Positions 46,638-56,552 of a DNA stretch of 64,000 nt are shown in pieces (the first letter of the stretch is position 1; every line of letters begins with the position of its first letter). The DNA lies in sequence record MN871447.1; one strand, 5' to 3'. The position numbers were made by a program, and so were the translations under genes. The notes under the pieces are model-generated. The model was not told where the DNA came from, did not search any database, and saw only the letters and a list, made by a program, of their open reading frames with translations.

Positions 46638-47309
46638 CTATTTATCCAACGTGGTGTCGAGGTGAGCGGTACGCAGGAGCGTGGCGAAGTTTTTCGTGGC
46701 AGTAACGCCTGTACCCCATTCTTTGGCGTTTGCCACAGTTCCTTCACCGGTAAGTGAGATATCAGTTTCCAGTTTCTGGTTAGCGCCTTCATCGCCTCCA
46801 CGTACCGAGATCAGTTCGCGGATTAATACATTACCGCCCAGGGATTCAATGTTGTTGAGTTCCGGGAAGGAAATACGTGAGCCTTTCGACGGACCCGTCA
46901 CCTGGCCAGTGAGATCATCCACGTGTGTATTATCGTCGGGGATACTCTGCTTATCTTCGATCATCTGCTGTAAGCGAATAACGCCCTCACGAATGACCAT
47001 ATAGCGAACAGGCGTAGTAAAGACCTTTTTCGTTTCCGGGTCTTCCATTTCAAGGTACTGGAAGAATTCCACACCCCAGCGTTTTGCCACGGCCTTAAGA
47101 TGGGCGTTGTCGTAGATTGGTGACGTTAGGTTAGGTAAGGTAGCGGAGATCATGGGTTTTCCTTGGCGGATACCTTCCATGATGCCGTCAAACTCTTCGT
47201 CACTCAGTGCTTCCAGATCTTTGCCAATTTGCATGGCGTTTCCTGATCCGGGAAAGAGTTCTTCCATCAGCCTTACGCAAACCGCTGTGGCGGCGACGCG
47301 GTTTTTCAT
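46638..47309 (-). CDS. rpoB: Virion RNA polymerase beta C-terminal subunit (phiKZ gp149/SPN3US gp218-like)
   Basis: RLQQMIEDK...DDLTGQVTGPSKGSRISFPE...ELISVRGGD corresponds to the beta C-terminal switch region. Start MKNRVA with a GAGG RBS. Confidence 0.75.
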   Translation of the reverse strand: MKNRVAATAVCVRLMEELFPGSGNAMQIGKDLEALSDEEFDGIMEGIRQGKPMISATLPNLTSPIYDNAHLKAVAKRWGVEFFQYLEMEDPETKKVFTTPVRYMVIREGVIRLQQMIEDKQSIPDDNTHVDDLTGQVTGPSKGSRISFPELNNIESLGGNVLIRELISVRGGDEGANQKLETDISLTGEGTVANAKEWGTGVTATKNFATLLRTAHLDTTLDK

Positions 47310-47685
47310 TTTTAACCTCTTTAGGAATAGTGATACTGCGATGGGAAACGCGGTATTCGGATATCCGGCGAACCACGTCACCTGTCCCCTTAGATTCCCC
47401 ATCCCAGAACGTTACACAGTGTGTAGCCACTGCCATCATTTCGGCATTACGAATAAATCCTGCGCCTTTCCCCTTTCCGTCCCAATCTGCTGGGAAGGTT
47501 AAACAACGGAGTCCTCTCCGTAATGCATATAGGAACGCCAGGTAATCCGTCCCGTTAGCACCGCCTTCCAGAATGACAATTTCTTCTGGGGGGAACCGAG
47601 ACGTGAGTTTATCCATATGTTTTGCAAACTGGTAATAGTTACGGTAATGACGGCAACCCGAAACCATCACCTTGAACCGTGCCAT
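47200..47685 (-). CDS. SLOG/YspA-like (DUF2493) protein
   Basis: VSGCRHY...EGGANGTD...FPADWD..GKGAGFIRNAEM...FWDGESKGT. Confidence 0.85.
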   Translation of the reverse strand: MARFKVMVSGCRHYRNYYQFAKHMDKLTSRFPPEEIVILEGGANGTDYLAFLYALRRGLRCLTFPADWDGKGKGAGFIRNAEMMAVATHCVTFWDGESKGTGDVVRRISEYRVSHRSITIPKEVKNEKPRRRHSGLRKADGRTLSRIRKRHANWQRSGSTE

Positions 47686-47972
47686 TATTTACCCCAACGG
47701 AAAATAATATCTGGGAGGACACGGTCTGAGAAATCCGATAGCCAGGCATCGATGCCGTTATCGGTTGAAATCTGTAGAACATTACGAGACGCTCTCGGAG
47801 AGATGGTTTTTAGTTCCTTCTCCCAGAACGCATTGATCTCTTGCATCTCGACCCGATTACTGGAGCGTACTCGCTCTTCGTGATTAAATTTGCGATCAAA
47901 CAAATTCGCCACGCCGTGCGAGTACTGCGACAGTAACATGGTCATGTGAAAACGTGCTTCTTGACGTACCAT
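47685..47972 (-). CDS. Hypothetical protein
   Basis: 95 aa, GAGGTG RBS. Confidence 0.6.
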   Translation of the reverse strand: MVRQEARFHMTMLLSQYSHGVANLFDRKFNHEERVRSSNRVEMQEINAFWEKELKTISPRASRNVLQISTDNGIDAWLSDFSDRVLPDIIFRWGK

Positions 47973-47992
47973 GTTACACCTCGATAGCTACA

Positions 47993-49408
47993 TTACTGTT
48001 TCCAGTAAGGTTTGTATTTACCCATTGCAATTCTGATCAGGTCATAGCTGCTCAGGAAATGTTTCTCTTCTTTGATTTCCTTGAACTGCCAATGGCCGCG
48101 AGTTTCCCCTAACAGCTCGTCCCAATCGTAACCTTGCTCTTTGATCTTTTCGAAGATCTCTGGCGGGGTCATCGCATAACCTTCCAGTTTCCACATGAAG
48201 TTACGAATCTGACACAGACCAGAGGTCAGCTCTAACGCACGGCGCAGTTTATAGTCGTCGTCGATTTTGTCACGGACGGCGTTACGCGTGAAAGATACTT
48301 CCGGGTAGATCGCCAGAGAGAGGTTAGTTGTATTACTACCCATCCCGTAATACTTATTCGTTTCGCGCAGGTAGTGTAGCTGAGTTAAGTGAACGAGTAA
48401 GCCTTCTGCCTGAGAGAAGACCAGCTCAAACGGTGCACCGGATTGACCATATTTACCGCGCAGGTTCATACAACGCACTTTAACGAGGTCTTTGTCTTCC
48501 TTCGATCCCATTTCACCGCGACCGTAAAGCGGAAGACGCGAGCCGTCAGTTAGCGGAGAACGACCGTGAACAAACCACATGTTATTCGGAATAAAGGTGA
48601 ATTTTTCGGTGGCGTTCTTGATCGTCTTACCGGACTGGAGGTCGGCCATGATTTTGTGCGGAGGCGCATTCGGGTCCATATTCGCTTTCGCCCCGATATG
48701 GGCAGTTAACATGGAATAGAACGAATGGCGGCCATTGAGCCCTGGCATCTGCATCATGATCTGGGTTTTGTAACGCCCGTCGTTCATGAAGATCATGTTG
48801 TTGTCTTTCGAGCCGATTTCGTTATCGCCAAATTTTTCTTCAATGGCGTCAAAAGACATCATTGACCAGGAATCGATTTCTTCCATGGTTGGCGGATACA
48901 TCTTGATCAGCTGTCCGTCATGGTTAGGGAACGGAGTGGTCAACATAGGGACTTTCGTTTTCTTATCGACTTTCATTTCGCCGTATTTTTTACGGACGTC
49001 CCAATAGTCGTTCCCGGACATTTTTAACATGTTAGTGAAGAGAAACTTTTCATTCTCTTCGAGGCCGTGTTCGGTGATACGCGGCATTCTGGCAGCACGG
49101 TACCCTAAACCTTCAATATCTTTAGAGCCTTCGGTCTCGTAGAAAAAGCTGTTGACGGCATCGTAGTACAGTTCCTGAGGCTGTAACATCATGAAATCAG
49201 CCAGGGTCGATTTAAACTGGTTGTTCTCGCCTACGACGGCGTTGATATTCGCCACCCCACCGTTTAAATACATTTCCCCGGCTTCGCCTTCGACGTAACG
49301 ACCAGAGAAATGATCAAACAAACAGTTGGTGTTCAGTTTAGGGGTAGAGGCATCGGCTTTCTTATCTTCGCTCATGACACCCGCCGGGCTCAGTGAAAAT
49401 CCGCTCAT
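47993..49408 (-). CDS. uvsX: UvsX/RecA-like recombinase (phiKZ gp152-like)
   Basis: Walker A-like GENNQFKST, FFYETEGS, EEIDSWS and NLRGKYGQSG. Confidence 0.8.
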   Translation of the reverse strand: MSGFSLSPAGVMSEDKKADASTPKLNTNCLFDHFSGRYVEGEAGEMYLNGGVANINAVVGENNQFKSTLADFMMLQPQELYYDAVNSFFYETEGSKDIEGLGYRAARMPRITEHGLEENEKFLFTNMLKMSGNDYWDVRKKYGEMKVDKKTKVPMLTTPFPNHDGQLIKMYPPTMEEIDSWSMMSFDAIEEKFGDNEIGSKDNNMIFMNDGRYKTQIMMQMPGLNGRHSFYSMLTAHIGAKANMDPNAPPHKIMADLQSGKTIKNATEKFTFIPNNMWFVHGRSPLTDGSRLPLYGRGEMGSKEDKDLVKVRCMNLRGKYGQSGAPFELVFSQAEGLLVHLTQLHYLRETNKYYGMGSNTTNLSLAIYPEVSFTRNAVRDKIDDDYKLRRALELTSGLCQIRNFMWKLEGYAMTPPEIFEKIKEQGYDWDELLGETRGHWQFKEIKEEKHFLSSYDLIRIAMGKYKPYWKQ

Positions 49409-49514
49409 TGATAATCCTTGGTTCTGTTTTATGAATTGTCTTCATTACAATTAAGGAAGGTATTTAATTTTATGTTAACGCTCTTTAGATTACTGACTAC
49501 ATAAGGTATAGATC

Positions 49515-50387
49515 ATGCCATTCTCAATGGAATATTTGAACGCTGAAAAAAATGCCATTATTGCAATGACCAAAGAAATCCCTGTCCACTCCACGCCCAG
49601 TAACGAAGCGCTCTCTATCCAACGGGCAGCGATGGGTGTCGTCGATCGCTTTGCTGGGTTCCTGAATAAAATTGCGGGGCGCTTTAGCAGTCCAGTTGAT
49701 AAACTGAGCGATTTTAAAGACAGCGCGAAACCTAAAACCAGTCAACAGATCAAACTGGAAAAAGCACTGGATTCTATACTGTACGCGGATATCACCGGTC
49801 AGCGTGTACAAGTGGTTCCGGGTTTATCTGGTACCTGGCTGGAACTGCTAGATTCATGGAGACTCCCGGTGAAATTTTCCGTGGACTTTTACGACGATTA
49901 CCTGAATCCGTTTGAAAAATTCCTGGCAGTCGCCATTACTGACCCAGAAAAATTCACTACCGTAGGGACAGTGAATCGTATCAGTCAAATTGACATTGAT
50001 TCTCACATTCAGTCGTTGACCGCTTATCTGAAAGGGAATGTGAAAACTAACCTTCGCGCTTACGGTGAATGTACCGAACGTAACGGTGATACGGTTAAGG
50101 TTTACGCTAAGACCCAAGAGATTTCTACCGCACTTCATAAGGGTAATTTGGACCTCGTGAAAGGCACCGTTGATCGCTGTGCAGAGATGTTGGAAACTCT
50201 GTCTAAACAAATCAAGGACAGTAACTTACCCTATCGTCTTAATGCTAAGACCATTAACGATCTGACCGAGGTCGTTTTCCAGATGGCGAAAATGGCGGAG
50301 CTTTACGCAGCGACTTACACCTACGTTGAATCCCAACGGACGGCAATGGATGAAACTGCTGAGAAACTGATTGCTTTAGCAAAATAA
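49515..50387 (+). CDS. Putative head (internal) protein
   Basis: 290 aa, helical, N-terminal SME/SNE candidate protease sites, upstream TTTTATG. Confidence 0.5.
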   Translation: MPFSMEYLNAEKNAIIAMTKEIPVHSTPSNEALSIQRAAMGVVDRFAGFLNKIAGRFSSPVDKLSDFKDSAKPKTSQQIKLEKALDSILYADITGQRVQVVPGLSGTWLELLDSWRLPVKFSVDFYDDYLNPFEKFLAVAITDPEKFTTVGTVNRISQIDIDSHIQSLTAYLKGNVKTNLRAYGECTERNGDTVKVYAKTQEISTALHKGNLDLVKGTVDRCAEMLETLSKQIKDSNLPYRLNAKTINDLTEVVFQMAKMAELYAATYTYVESQRTAMDETAEKLIALAK

Positions 50388-50394
50388 ACATAAG

Positions 50395-50425
50395 AGAATG
50401 GGAGAGGTCAACCCTCTCCCATTCT
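50395..50425. terminator. Bidirectional terminator
   Basis: gagaatgggagagg-tcaac-cctctcccattctc. Confidence 0.8.
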
Positions 50426-50429
50426 CACT

Positions 50430-50807
50430 TTATGACACTGCCGACAACGAATGCATGTTGACAATATTTTTCAGTTCCTGACGAAGTGTGAACTCGCCAT
50501 CCTCCACGCCTTCTTTTAACCAGCGGGGGATCATCTCTTCGAAGTAATTAGCTACCTTTTCGTGCGGTAAGGTTCTAATCGCTTCGCACTGTTTTTCATC
50601 CCAAAGAATTTCAGGGAGAATTGTACCTAGCAATAATCCTTTGGAATCCGTTGTCAAGTTTAAGCGACGATTCATACTCGAAGCTAATCGTTGACATCCA
50701 CCCGAACGACCAGAAAGTAGCGTGTAAAAAGAACCCAATATTAAAACACGTCGACCTTTCGTCGTAAAGAGTTTAGGTCCGAAGACCGCTAAAAGTATTT
50801 TGATCAT
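50430..50807 (-). CDS. Hypothetical protein
   Basis: 125 aa, overlaps the RNase H stop. Confidence 0.55.
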   Translation of the reverse strand: MIKILLAVFGPKLFTTKGRRVLILGSFYTLLSGRSGGCQRLASSMNRRLNLTTDSKGLLLGTILPEILWDEKQCEAIRTLPHEKVANYFEEMIPRWLKEGVEDGEFTLRQELKNIVNMHSLSAVS

Positions 50808-52462
50808 AGTTTACCCGTGATCTCAAAAAGGTTAGAATTGAGCGACGCAGTAAACAGCGTGTCACCGTCCACTTCCATTAACGTGGCGTAACGGAAAGCA
50901 CGCGTGCCATCTGGCCATGTGATGACGCGTATTCTGAGGTCTTCAGAACCCAACGCGTTGACCGTATTCCTTAACGGGATATCTTGTCCTATTTTTAATT
51001 TGATTGTGGCTTTCCCTGTTGTCCCGTCAGCCAGTTGGTAATTAGCTGTAACAGAAATTGCCTTATTCGGCGGGTCCATGGCCTCAGTGGGTTTTGTAAC
51101 AGGTTTCTTTTTCCCTTCTTGGGTCGTCTTCACACAGTATGAAGTGATATCCGTGATCGTCGTTTTTCCCTTGCCTGTAAACCCGTATCCTAACATGGTC
51201 AGAAGTGTCTCAAACCGCGTCAACAGACGGAAACCTAAAAAGGTCGGTCTCAGCTCCTCAATAAGCGCAACTTTATCCGGAGACCGGATAGTGCTCTTCT
51301 CGGCGTCGTCCCATAAGACAGAACGTTTGTCCTGTATCAGACTGACGTATCGATCTGCGTTAAGGATATTTTCAAGATGACCCAGCGTCATGATCTGAGT
51401 GCCGTCGTAGTACCGGCTCTTCAGAAACTCTCCGAGTAATTCCAGGACAGGTTCTTTTTCCTTAGCGAAGAGGATGGCTACTTTAGCAGTGGCAGTGGCC
51501 TTACCGATCATGTCGACTTCGGTGTCGTTACCGTGGTTCCCGAAGAAATAAACGTAGCGATCGTCATAGTCAACTTTGTAATGTGTCCGGTCAGTTAACG
51601 CATACCACCAACGTTGTTCCAGTAAGCGATTACTGGTTTTGGTGTTTTGTACGTATCCTTTACGGTCTGAAATGAGATAAACGGTTTTACCGGGTTCATC
51701 GCGTTCCAGAATCATTCCGCGGTTGGCGTTGTAATCAGCACGTTCATTCCCTGTATAACCAGCGTGACCTGGGATATACCCAAATAACATTCTGGTTTTC
51801 CCTTCCTCAACAATACTGTCGAAGAGAGAACAGAGCAATTGCCAAAGATCTTTGTTTTGGACAGGTCGACGGTCAGCAGTTAACCAACCGTTTCTTTCCC
51901 AGTTAACACGATAGAAAAGTAACCCTTCTAAAACATATTTCGAGTCCGCAAAAATAACAGACTCTTTTGGGCTCTTTTCTTTGACAATTGTGAGACTGTT
52001 TAACATCCCCATTAACTCAGTAAAGTTATTACTGGTTTTGTACTGACCACCGTATGCATCAATAAAGCTGATGGGGTTGACAGGCTTCACCGTTTTATTT
52101 TCATCGGCGTGTAAGATAAGATAGTTTTTATCTACCTGCCCAGTGAAGCCCGTCTCTTCATCTGCCTTAGTGACGACATCTTTACACCGGTGTTGTCTAC
52201 CGTCGACATAACCGATGTTAGTAAACGCACCCTTAGCCTTTTTAATCTTCGCTTCTTTCTTGTCCGCAACCGGGTACGAATATCCGTGAATGCCCCAGCC
52301 AGAAAGTAACGTTTGGGTATTACTTCCGCCGTCGCAGAATAAAACAAGATTAAAACTGCCCGGTTCTGGGAATTCACCTTCCCACGGTTGCTCAATCTTC
52401 ATGTTCAGAAGTTCCTGTTTCAAAGTATGTTCAGAAGAATAAAGCGTCGCGTAAGAAATCAA
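50804..52462 (-). CDS. rnhA: Ribonuclease HI with long C-terminal extension (phiKZ gp155-like)
   Basis: FCDGGS, NNFTELMG, FADSKYV and IPGHAGYTGNERAD give the complete D-E-D-D motif set. Confidence 0.9.
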   Translation of the reverse strand: MISYATLYSSEHTLKQELLNMKIEQPWEGEFPEPGSFNLVLFCDGGSNTQTLLSGWGIHGYSYPVADKKEAKIKKAKGAFTNIGYVDGRQHRCKDVVTKADEETGFTGQVDKNYLILHADENKTVKPVNPISFIDAYGGQYKTSNNFTELMGMLNSLTIVKEKSPKESVIFADSKYVLEGLLFYRVNWERNGWLTADRRPVQNKDLWQLLCSLFDSIVEEGKTRMLFGYIPGHAGYTGNERADYNANRGMILERDEPGKTVYLISDRKGYVQNTKTSNRLLEQRWWYALTDRTHYKVDYDDRYVYFFGNHGNDTEVDMIGKATATAKVAILFAKEKEPVLELLGEFLKSRYYDGTQIMTLGHLENILNADRYVSLIQDKRSVLWDDAEKSTIRSPDKVALIEELRPTFLGFRLLTRFETLLTMLGYGFTGKGKTTITDITSYCVKTTQEGKKKPVTKPTEAMDPPNKAISVTANYQLADGTTGKATIKLKIGQDIPLRNTVNALGSEDLRIRVITWPDGTRAFRYATLMEVDGDTLFTASLNSNLFEITGKL

Positions 52463-52884
52463 GGGTGACGGCGTTGAAATTCCTCAATGATGTGATGGCT
52501 TTGGGCGTCGCACGCGCTGGGCGTCTTGGTACAAATTCTCTGGAGTTCAGAGAGTTCCAGACGGGCGTCATTTTCCCAGCCAAATTTTTCCATGGTCAAC
52601 GTATGAATATCGGCTTCATAACGATCGCGGCTGATTCCTGATACCGGTTGATTACTGGCATCGGAAAGACGTTTTAACGCGGCATTATAATTACGATATA
52701 ATTCACGGTATTTGACATAACCTACCGTTGACGACAAACCAAGAGTGAAAATTAAAATGGTTATTATCGTACGATAGAAGTAACGCTTCCTTTTCGGGGG
52801 TGGTTCTCTGGTATTATCCAAACGGTATTGCTCCCGTATGAAATAATACAAGTACGGTAAAAAACGCAAGAAAAAGTAATTCAC
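52459..52884 (-). CDS. Single-pass membrane protein
   Basis: Basic patch then TIITILIFTLGLSSTVGYV, with a Cys pair near the C-terminus. Confidence 0.6.
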   Translation of the reverse strand: MNYFFLRFLPYLYYFIREQYRLDNTREPPPKRKRYFYRTIITILIFTLGLSSTVGYVKYRELYRNYNAALKRLSDASNQPVSGISRDRYEADIHTLTMEKFGWENDARLELSELQRICTKTPSACDAQSHHIIEEFQRRHP

Positions 52885-52943
52885 GGCGGTACCTCCGCTG
52901 ACAGGTTCTTTTCCTGTTTAATAATAATTATGGAGTAGAAACA

Positions 52944-54245
52944 ATGTTGAATGTGTATAGTTTTGTAACTATTAAAAATTTTATCAATAACGCAGTGGGA
53001 CAGACTGCAAAAGTAGGTGAACTTACCACCCACGGTGAAACCTACAGCACAGACGTAGGGACATATTCTGTTGCCGATTACACCGATGTCATTTTAAAGA
53101 CGCTGTCTGTCACCCGCGACGGTACCAAAAGTAATCTAGGGTTGACTTACTACACGCAGATCCTGGAAGTCTCACAGTGGCTCTATCAGCGAAGCATTAA
53201 TGGTCTGATCACCACAGACACCGCCGCACTACTTCAGAACCTGAACGCGCAGTTTTCGGATTACCTCACTGTAAAATCAGTTGGGGCAATTGTCAACAAT
53301 GGATCATATAATTTTCCTTCTAGTCTCCAAATGTCCTTTAGTAACTCTGGGGAAGAGAACGAACTGTTTGTCTGGTACGCGATCGATAATTTCCTGGTGG
53401 AATATCCGCTTTATGAACTTAGCGTCGTAATGCCGTTTGATGACATTGATCTGTTGGTTGGTGATTCTGACGCTGCGGTGGCGGCGATCAAAGCTATTAC
53501 CCCGGTGAGTAACACCGCACGCATCACGAACGCTATCGGTCAGAACCCGCAGACGGATATCTGGACCGGCTACTTTACGTGGGTGGCAAAAGATAACGAC
53601 GAAGTCACGTTGCAAATTCCGATCAACGTCGTGATCTACGGGTCTGCCGGTAAGAACCTTGATTACATCAAAAACGCGATTCGTGAACATATCCTAGGGA
53701 ACAGCACGGCAGGTACTGACACGTGGGAGATTGTCTTACCAGATCTCTTTACACCGACTGAATATTACGTGGTGCCGGTTTGGGACAGAATCTCTCTCCC
53801 TAATCAGCTGGATACTACCGCGCTCTATTCCCCGGTGTTACCGTATAAAGATTTCCTGACTTATACCGATAAGTACATGGCGGACTATGAACAACAGCAT
53901 GTCATTGACGCTGGGGAAATTGCGTTTAACACGTACCAGAACCTTCAGCTCTTGGTCTGCGGTCACGTAAGGAACTATAACGTTTCCTACGTCTTCTCCG
54001 AACTCTGGCCGCGCTATGCAGCAATCGCACCAACCAGCTCTGAATTCGGTAAGATTCCAGAAGCGACCCGAAACTTCATTATCAACTTGATTGCGCTTCT
54101 GAAGATTGCAGAAACGGCAACGGCTACTTCTATCCTGCCGACAGGATACACTCGTGCCACGCGTAACGGGGTGGTTTACATCACCATGACGGTCAATACC
54201 GTTCAGTATCTGGTTCCGGTGAAAAACGGTTTCAGTAAGGATTAA
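52944..54245 (+). CDS. Virion structural protein (phiKZ-like conserved)
   Basis: 433 aa; GELTTHGETYS and PDLFTPTEYYVVPVW motifs; upstream TATG. Confidence 0.6.
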   Translation: MLNVYSFVTIKNFINNAVGQTAKVGELTTHGETYSTDVGTYSVADYTDVILKTLSVTRDGTKSNLGLTYYTQILEVSQWLYQRSINGLITTDTAALLQNLNAQFSDYLTVKSVGAIVNNGSYNFPSSLQMSFSNSGEENELFVWYAIDNFLVEYPLYELSVVMPFDDIDLLVGDSDAAVAAIKAITPVSNTARITNAIGQNPQTDIWTGYFTWVAKDNDEVTLQIPINVVIYGSAGKNLDYIKNAIREHILGNSTAGTDTWEIVLPDLFTPTEYYVVPVWDRISLPNQLDTTALYSPVLPYKDFLTYTDKYMADYEQQHVIDAGEIAFNTYQNLQLLVCGHVRNYNVSYVFSELWPRYAAIAPTSSEFGKIPEATRNFIINLIALLKIAETATATSILPTGYTRATRNGVVYITMTVNTVQYLVPVKNGFSKD

Positions 54246-54250
54246 AACGA

Positions 54251-54850
54251 ATGGCTAAGACACGTAACACCCCTGCCTTAGGGTTGAAAGGGAAATGGTC
54301 ATTAATACAACCGTGGACCGCCAGCCAGTCGTTAATTTATCAATGTACCGCTATTCGTTTCTTTACCGAGATGGTAGCGGAAGGGATTGATATCTTTAAC
54401 GTCTACTATTCTCCTAAGGGCCTCACGGAGTCTGACTATAACGCAGACCTGTCTGCTGGCGCGGCGATGTGTGTACTGTATTCGTCCTCTGGTAGTGTCA
54501 TTACGGTTCCCGATACCTACATTGAAACTTTCCCGGGGATCGGGATGTCGAACTGGGGGCAGGTGATCCTCTCTGCGTCTTTGGGTCCGATGCGTTTAGA
54601 CCTCGATTACTCGTTCTTGAAAGAACAGATGGGCAACTTGATCTCTGACACGATCGGCGTTGTTCCTGAGATCTACGTAGATCAACTGGCCACAATTGAA
54701 GCGATCAGTACGGAAGAGGCAGACGCGATCGAAGCAGCGAGACTGTCAGCTATCACCAATCGCACGTCGACCTACGCGCAGAACTTGGCGCTACAAAAAG
54801 AGAACGCTGAGTTACGTATCAAGATTCAGGCGTTATTGGCAGCAAAATAA
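54251..54850 (+). CDS. Virion structural protein
   Basis: TPALGLKGKWSLIQPW N-terminus and a C-terminal coiled coil; co-transcribed with the previous gene. Confidence 0.55.
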   Translation: MAKTRNTPALGLKGKWSLIQPWTASQSLIYQCTAIRFFTEMVAEGIDIFNVYYSPKGLTESDYNADLSAGAAMCVLYSSSGSVITVPDTYIETFPGIGMSNWGQVILSASLGPMRLDLDYSFLKEQMGNLISDTIGVVPEIYVDQLATIEAISTEEADAIEAARLSAITNRTSTYAQNLALQKENAELRIKIQALLAAK

Positions 54851-54920
54851 AAAAAAGAAGCATAGAGACTCTCTCCTCCGCTTCTGCGGAGGAGAGAGCT
54901 TATGTTCCTAATACGCAGAA

Positions 54921-55175
54921 TTACTCTGCGTCAGGCGCTTCGTCGGTGGACGGGCGATAGAGTTCGTTCAGCACTTCGGTTGCCGGGTAGAACTCTTCTT
55001 CTACCCAACCGTCGTCAGAGGCTTTTGCAGCCATGACGCTTTTACCCTGGTCAAGTGAAGACTTAACCCAGGTCAGCGAATCGACTGCCATGTCAATGAC
55101 CGTTTCAGCAGAGACGGTATCGGTGGTCAGCGCATTGATCTTTTCAGCGGTAGTTTCGTTCAGAGTTACTTTCAT
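54921..55175 (-). CDS. Small protein, possibly ribbon-helix-helix
   Basis: KVTLNETTAEKINAL...ETVIDMAV follows a beta-alpha-alpha pattern. Confidence 0.45.
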   Translation of the reverse strand: MKVTLNETTAEKINALTTDTVSAETVIDMAVDSLTWVKSSLDQGKSVMAAKASDDGWVEEEFYPATEVLNELYRPSTDEAPDAE

Positions 55176-55274
55176 GTTCAGTTTCCTGTATACGTGTTAA
55201 TAGTCACATGTGTGTTATGGTTTGTTCAAAAGATAACCGAGCGGTTTAAAACTTGAAATTGACGGAGGGGATAA

Positions 55275-55514
55275 TTAAGCCTGCGATAGTAACGGCTGAT
55301 TCATCAGCATTTTCAGACGAGTGATTTCCGCTAAGAGTTGTTCTTCTTTCACGGTTGTCTCGACTTCACGTACGACAACCTTATAGCCGTTATCCGCTAA
55401 GACGAGAGACTCTCTCTTCAACTTGATGATCTCTTCCGGCTTTCGGTTCGCCTTCAATTCAACGAGTTGACGTTTCAGCTCTCTGCGCTTCCTCATTAAT
55501 TCAAAGTAGTCCAT
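55275..55514 (-). CDS. Small basic coiled-coil protein
   Basis: 79 aa, GAGG RBS. Confidence 0.6.
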   Translation of the reverse strand: MDYFELMRKRRELKRQLVELKANRKPEEIIKLKRESLVLADNGYKVVVREVETTVKEEQLLAEITRLKMLMNQPLLSQA

Positions 55515-55515
55515 G

Positions 55516-55839
55516 TTAACCTCTTTGGTTCTCGTCAGGGGAATCGCCTATAACCGTATTCAGATCGCTCTCAAAGAGCGTTTCGTTCCCAATGTAGATT
55601 GGGAAGGGATTAGGCTGTTCGAGCTTCTCCGTGAGGTTGACGAGCTCTGGGATAATCATCGGCGTATACCCCAGGAACTTAACGACTTTCTTCGCCGCTA
55701 AGGTCTTAACGGTCTCGTCGTAACCTCTGACTTCCGCACGAATGACCTGGATATAAGGTAGATTTTCAGCGGCGCGACTTTCACGCGTTCTTTCTAACGC
55801 CAGCAGGATTTCTCCGGCTTCAGATTCCTTAAAGCGCAT
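55516..55839 (-). CDS. Hypothetical protein
   Basis: Probable start MRFKESE (55839), overlapping the upstream stop. Confidence 0.55.
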   Translation of the reverse strand: MRFKESEAGEILLALERTRESRAAENLPYIQVIRAEVRGYDETVKTLAAKKVVKFLGYTPMIIPELVNLTEKLEQPNPFPIYIGNETLFESDLNTVIGDSPDENQRG

Positions 55840-56470
55840 AGCGGTTATCTCGCGTGATTTGACTGAAGTTACCGATAACCCGGCCCGGTACAAACATGGC
55901 TTCTTTTGCGGTCTCACGCAGCAGAATGCTGAGGATCGTCATGACCTCATACATCTGACTGAGTGTGGTCGAGGTATGACAGGTAAAGATCAGATTGACC
56001 GTTTCTGCCGGGAGATCGTTTTCCGCCAACATCTGACGGAACTGGTCTTCAAACTCGGTTACGTCCTTTTTATTCTTCACGAAATAATAGACGTTCTGAG
56101 AGAAGACCTGCGCCTGGCGAATTTCAATGCGCAAATCTGAAATTTCAGGCAGCGTTTTAACGACCGTCTGACGGAGCTTTTCGTAACCCGCATTGAAATC
56201 AATGACCGGGAAGAATTGCTCGTCGACATTGGCGACGTTGTCTTCGAAACATTGCGCGATGTTGTTGACGGCTACCTGGAACGGTGCAGAATGAAGGATG
56301 TCAGTGAGTCGGGCATCGGAAAAACCCGAGTAGTTATTGTCGACCAGATCATCGTCACCTAACGCTGCGGTACGAATGAACACGGTCTGATGTTGGATCG
56401 CAATTTCACCGGTACGTGTCGGCTTCCCGTAACTGGTTAAACGGTCTGTCATTTTCGAAATGTTTTGCAT
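55829..56470 (-). CDS. Hypothetical protein (probably early)
   Basis: Start moved to MQNISK (56470, AGGAG RBS), downstream of the TATATCACTCTA motif. Confidence 0.65.
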   Translation of the reverse strand: MQNISKMTDRLTSYGKPTRTGEIAIQHQTVFIRTAALGDDDLVDNNYSGFSDARLTDILHSAPFQVAVNNIAQCFEDNVANVDEQFFPVIDFNAGYEKLRQTVVKTLPEISDLRIEIRQAQVFSQNVYYFVKNKKDVTEFEDQFRQMLAENDLPAETVNLIFTCHTSTTLSQMYEVMTILSILLRETAKEAMFVPGRVIGNFSQITRDNRYAL

Positions 56471-56502
56471 GATTGCAACTCCTTTAGTTGGGGTAATTAC
56501 AC

Positions 56503-56514
56503 TAGAGTGATATA
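56503..56514 (-). promoter_or_regulatory. Putative early promoter TATATCACTCTA
   Basis: Exact match to 20304-20315. Confidence 0.6.
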
Positions 56515-56552
56515 TGCATAAAGCGGACTGGAAAAGACCAGTCCGTTTATGT

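Noticed and set aside
26163-47309. RNA polymerase split into four separate genes (beta, betaC, beta'N, beta'C)
   Set aside because: Established for the phiKZ/SPN3US virion RNAP. I saw no intron or intein signature.
52459-52884. Possible i-spanin with nested o-spanin
   Set aside because: The nested alternative-frame ORF I checked is 14 codons with no lipobox; left as a generic membrane protein.
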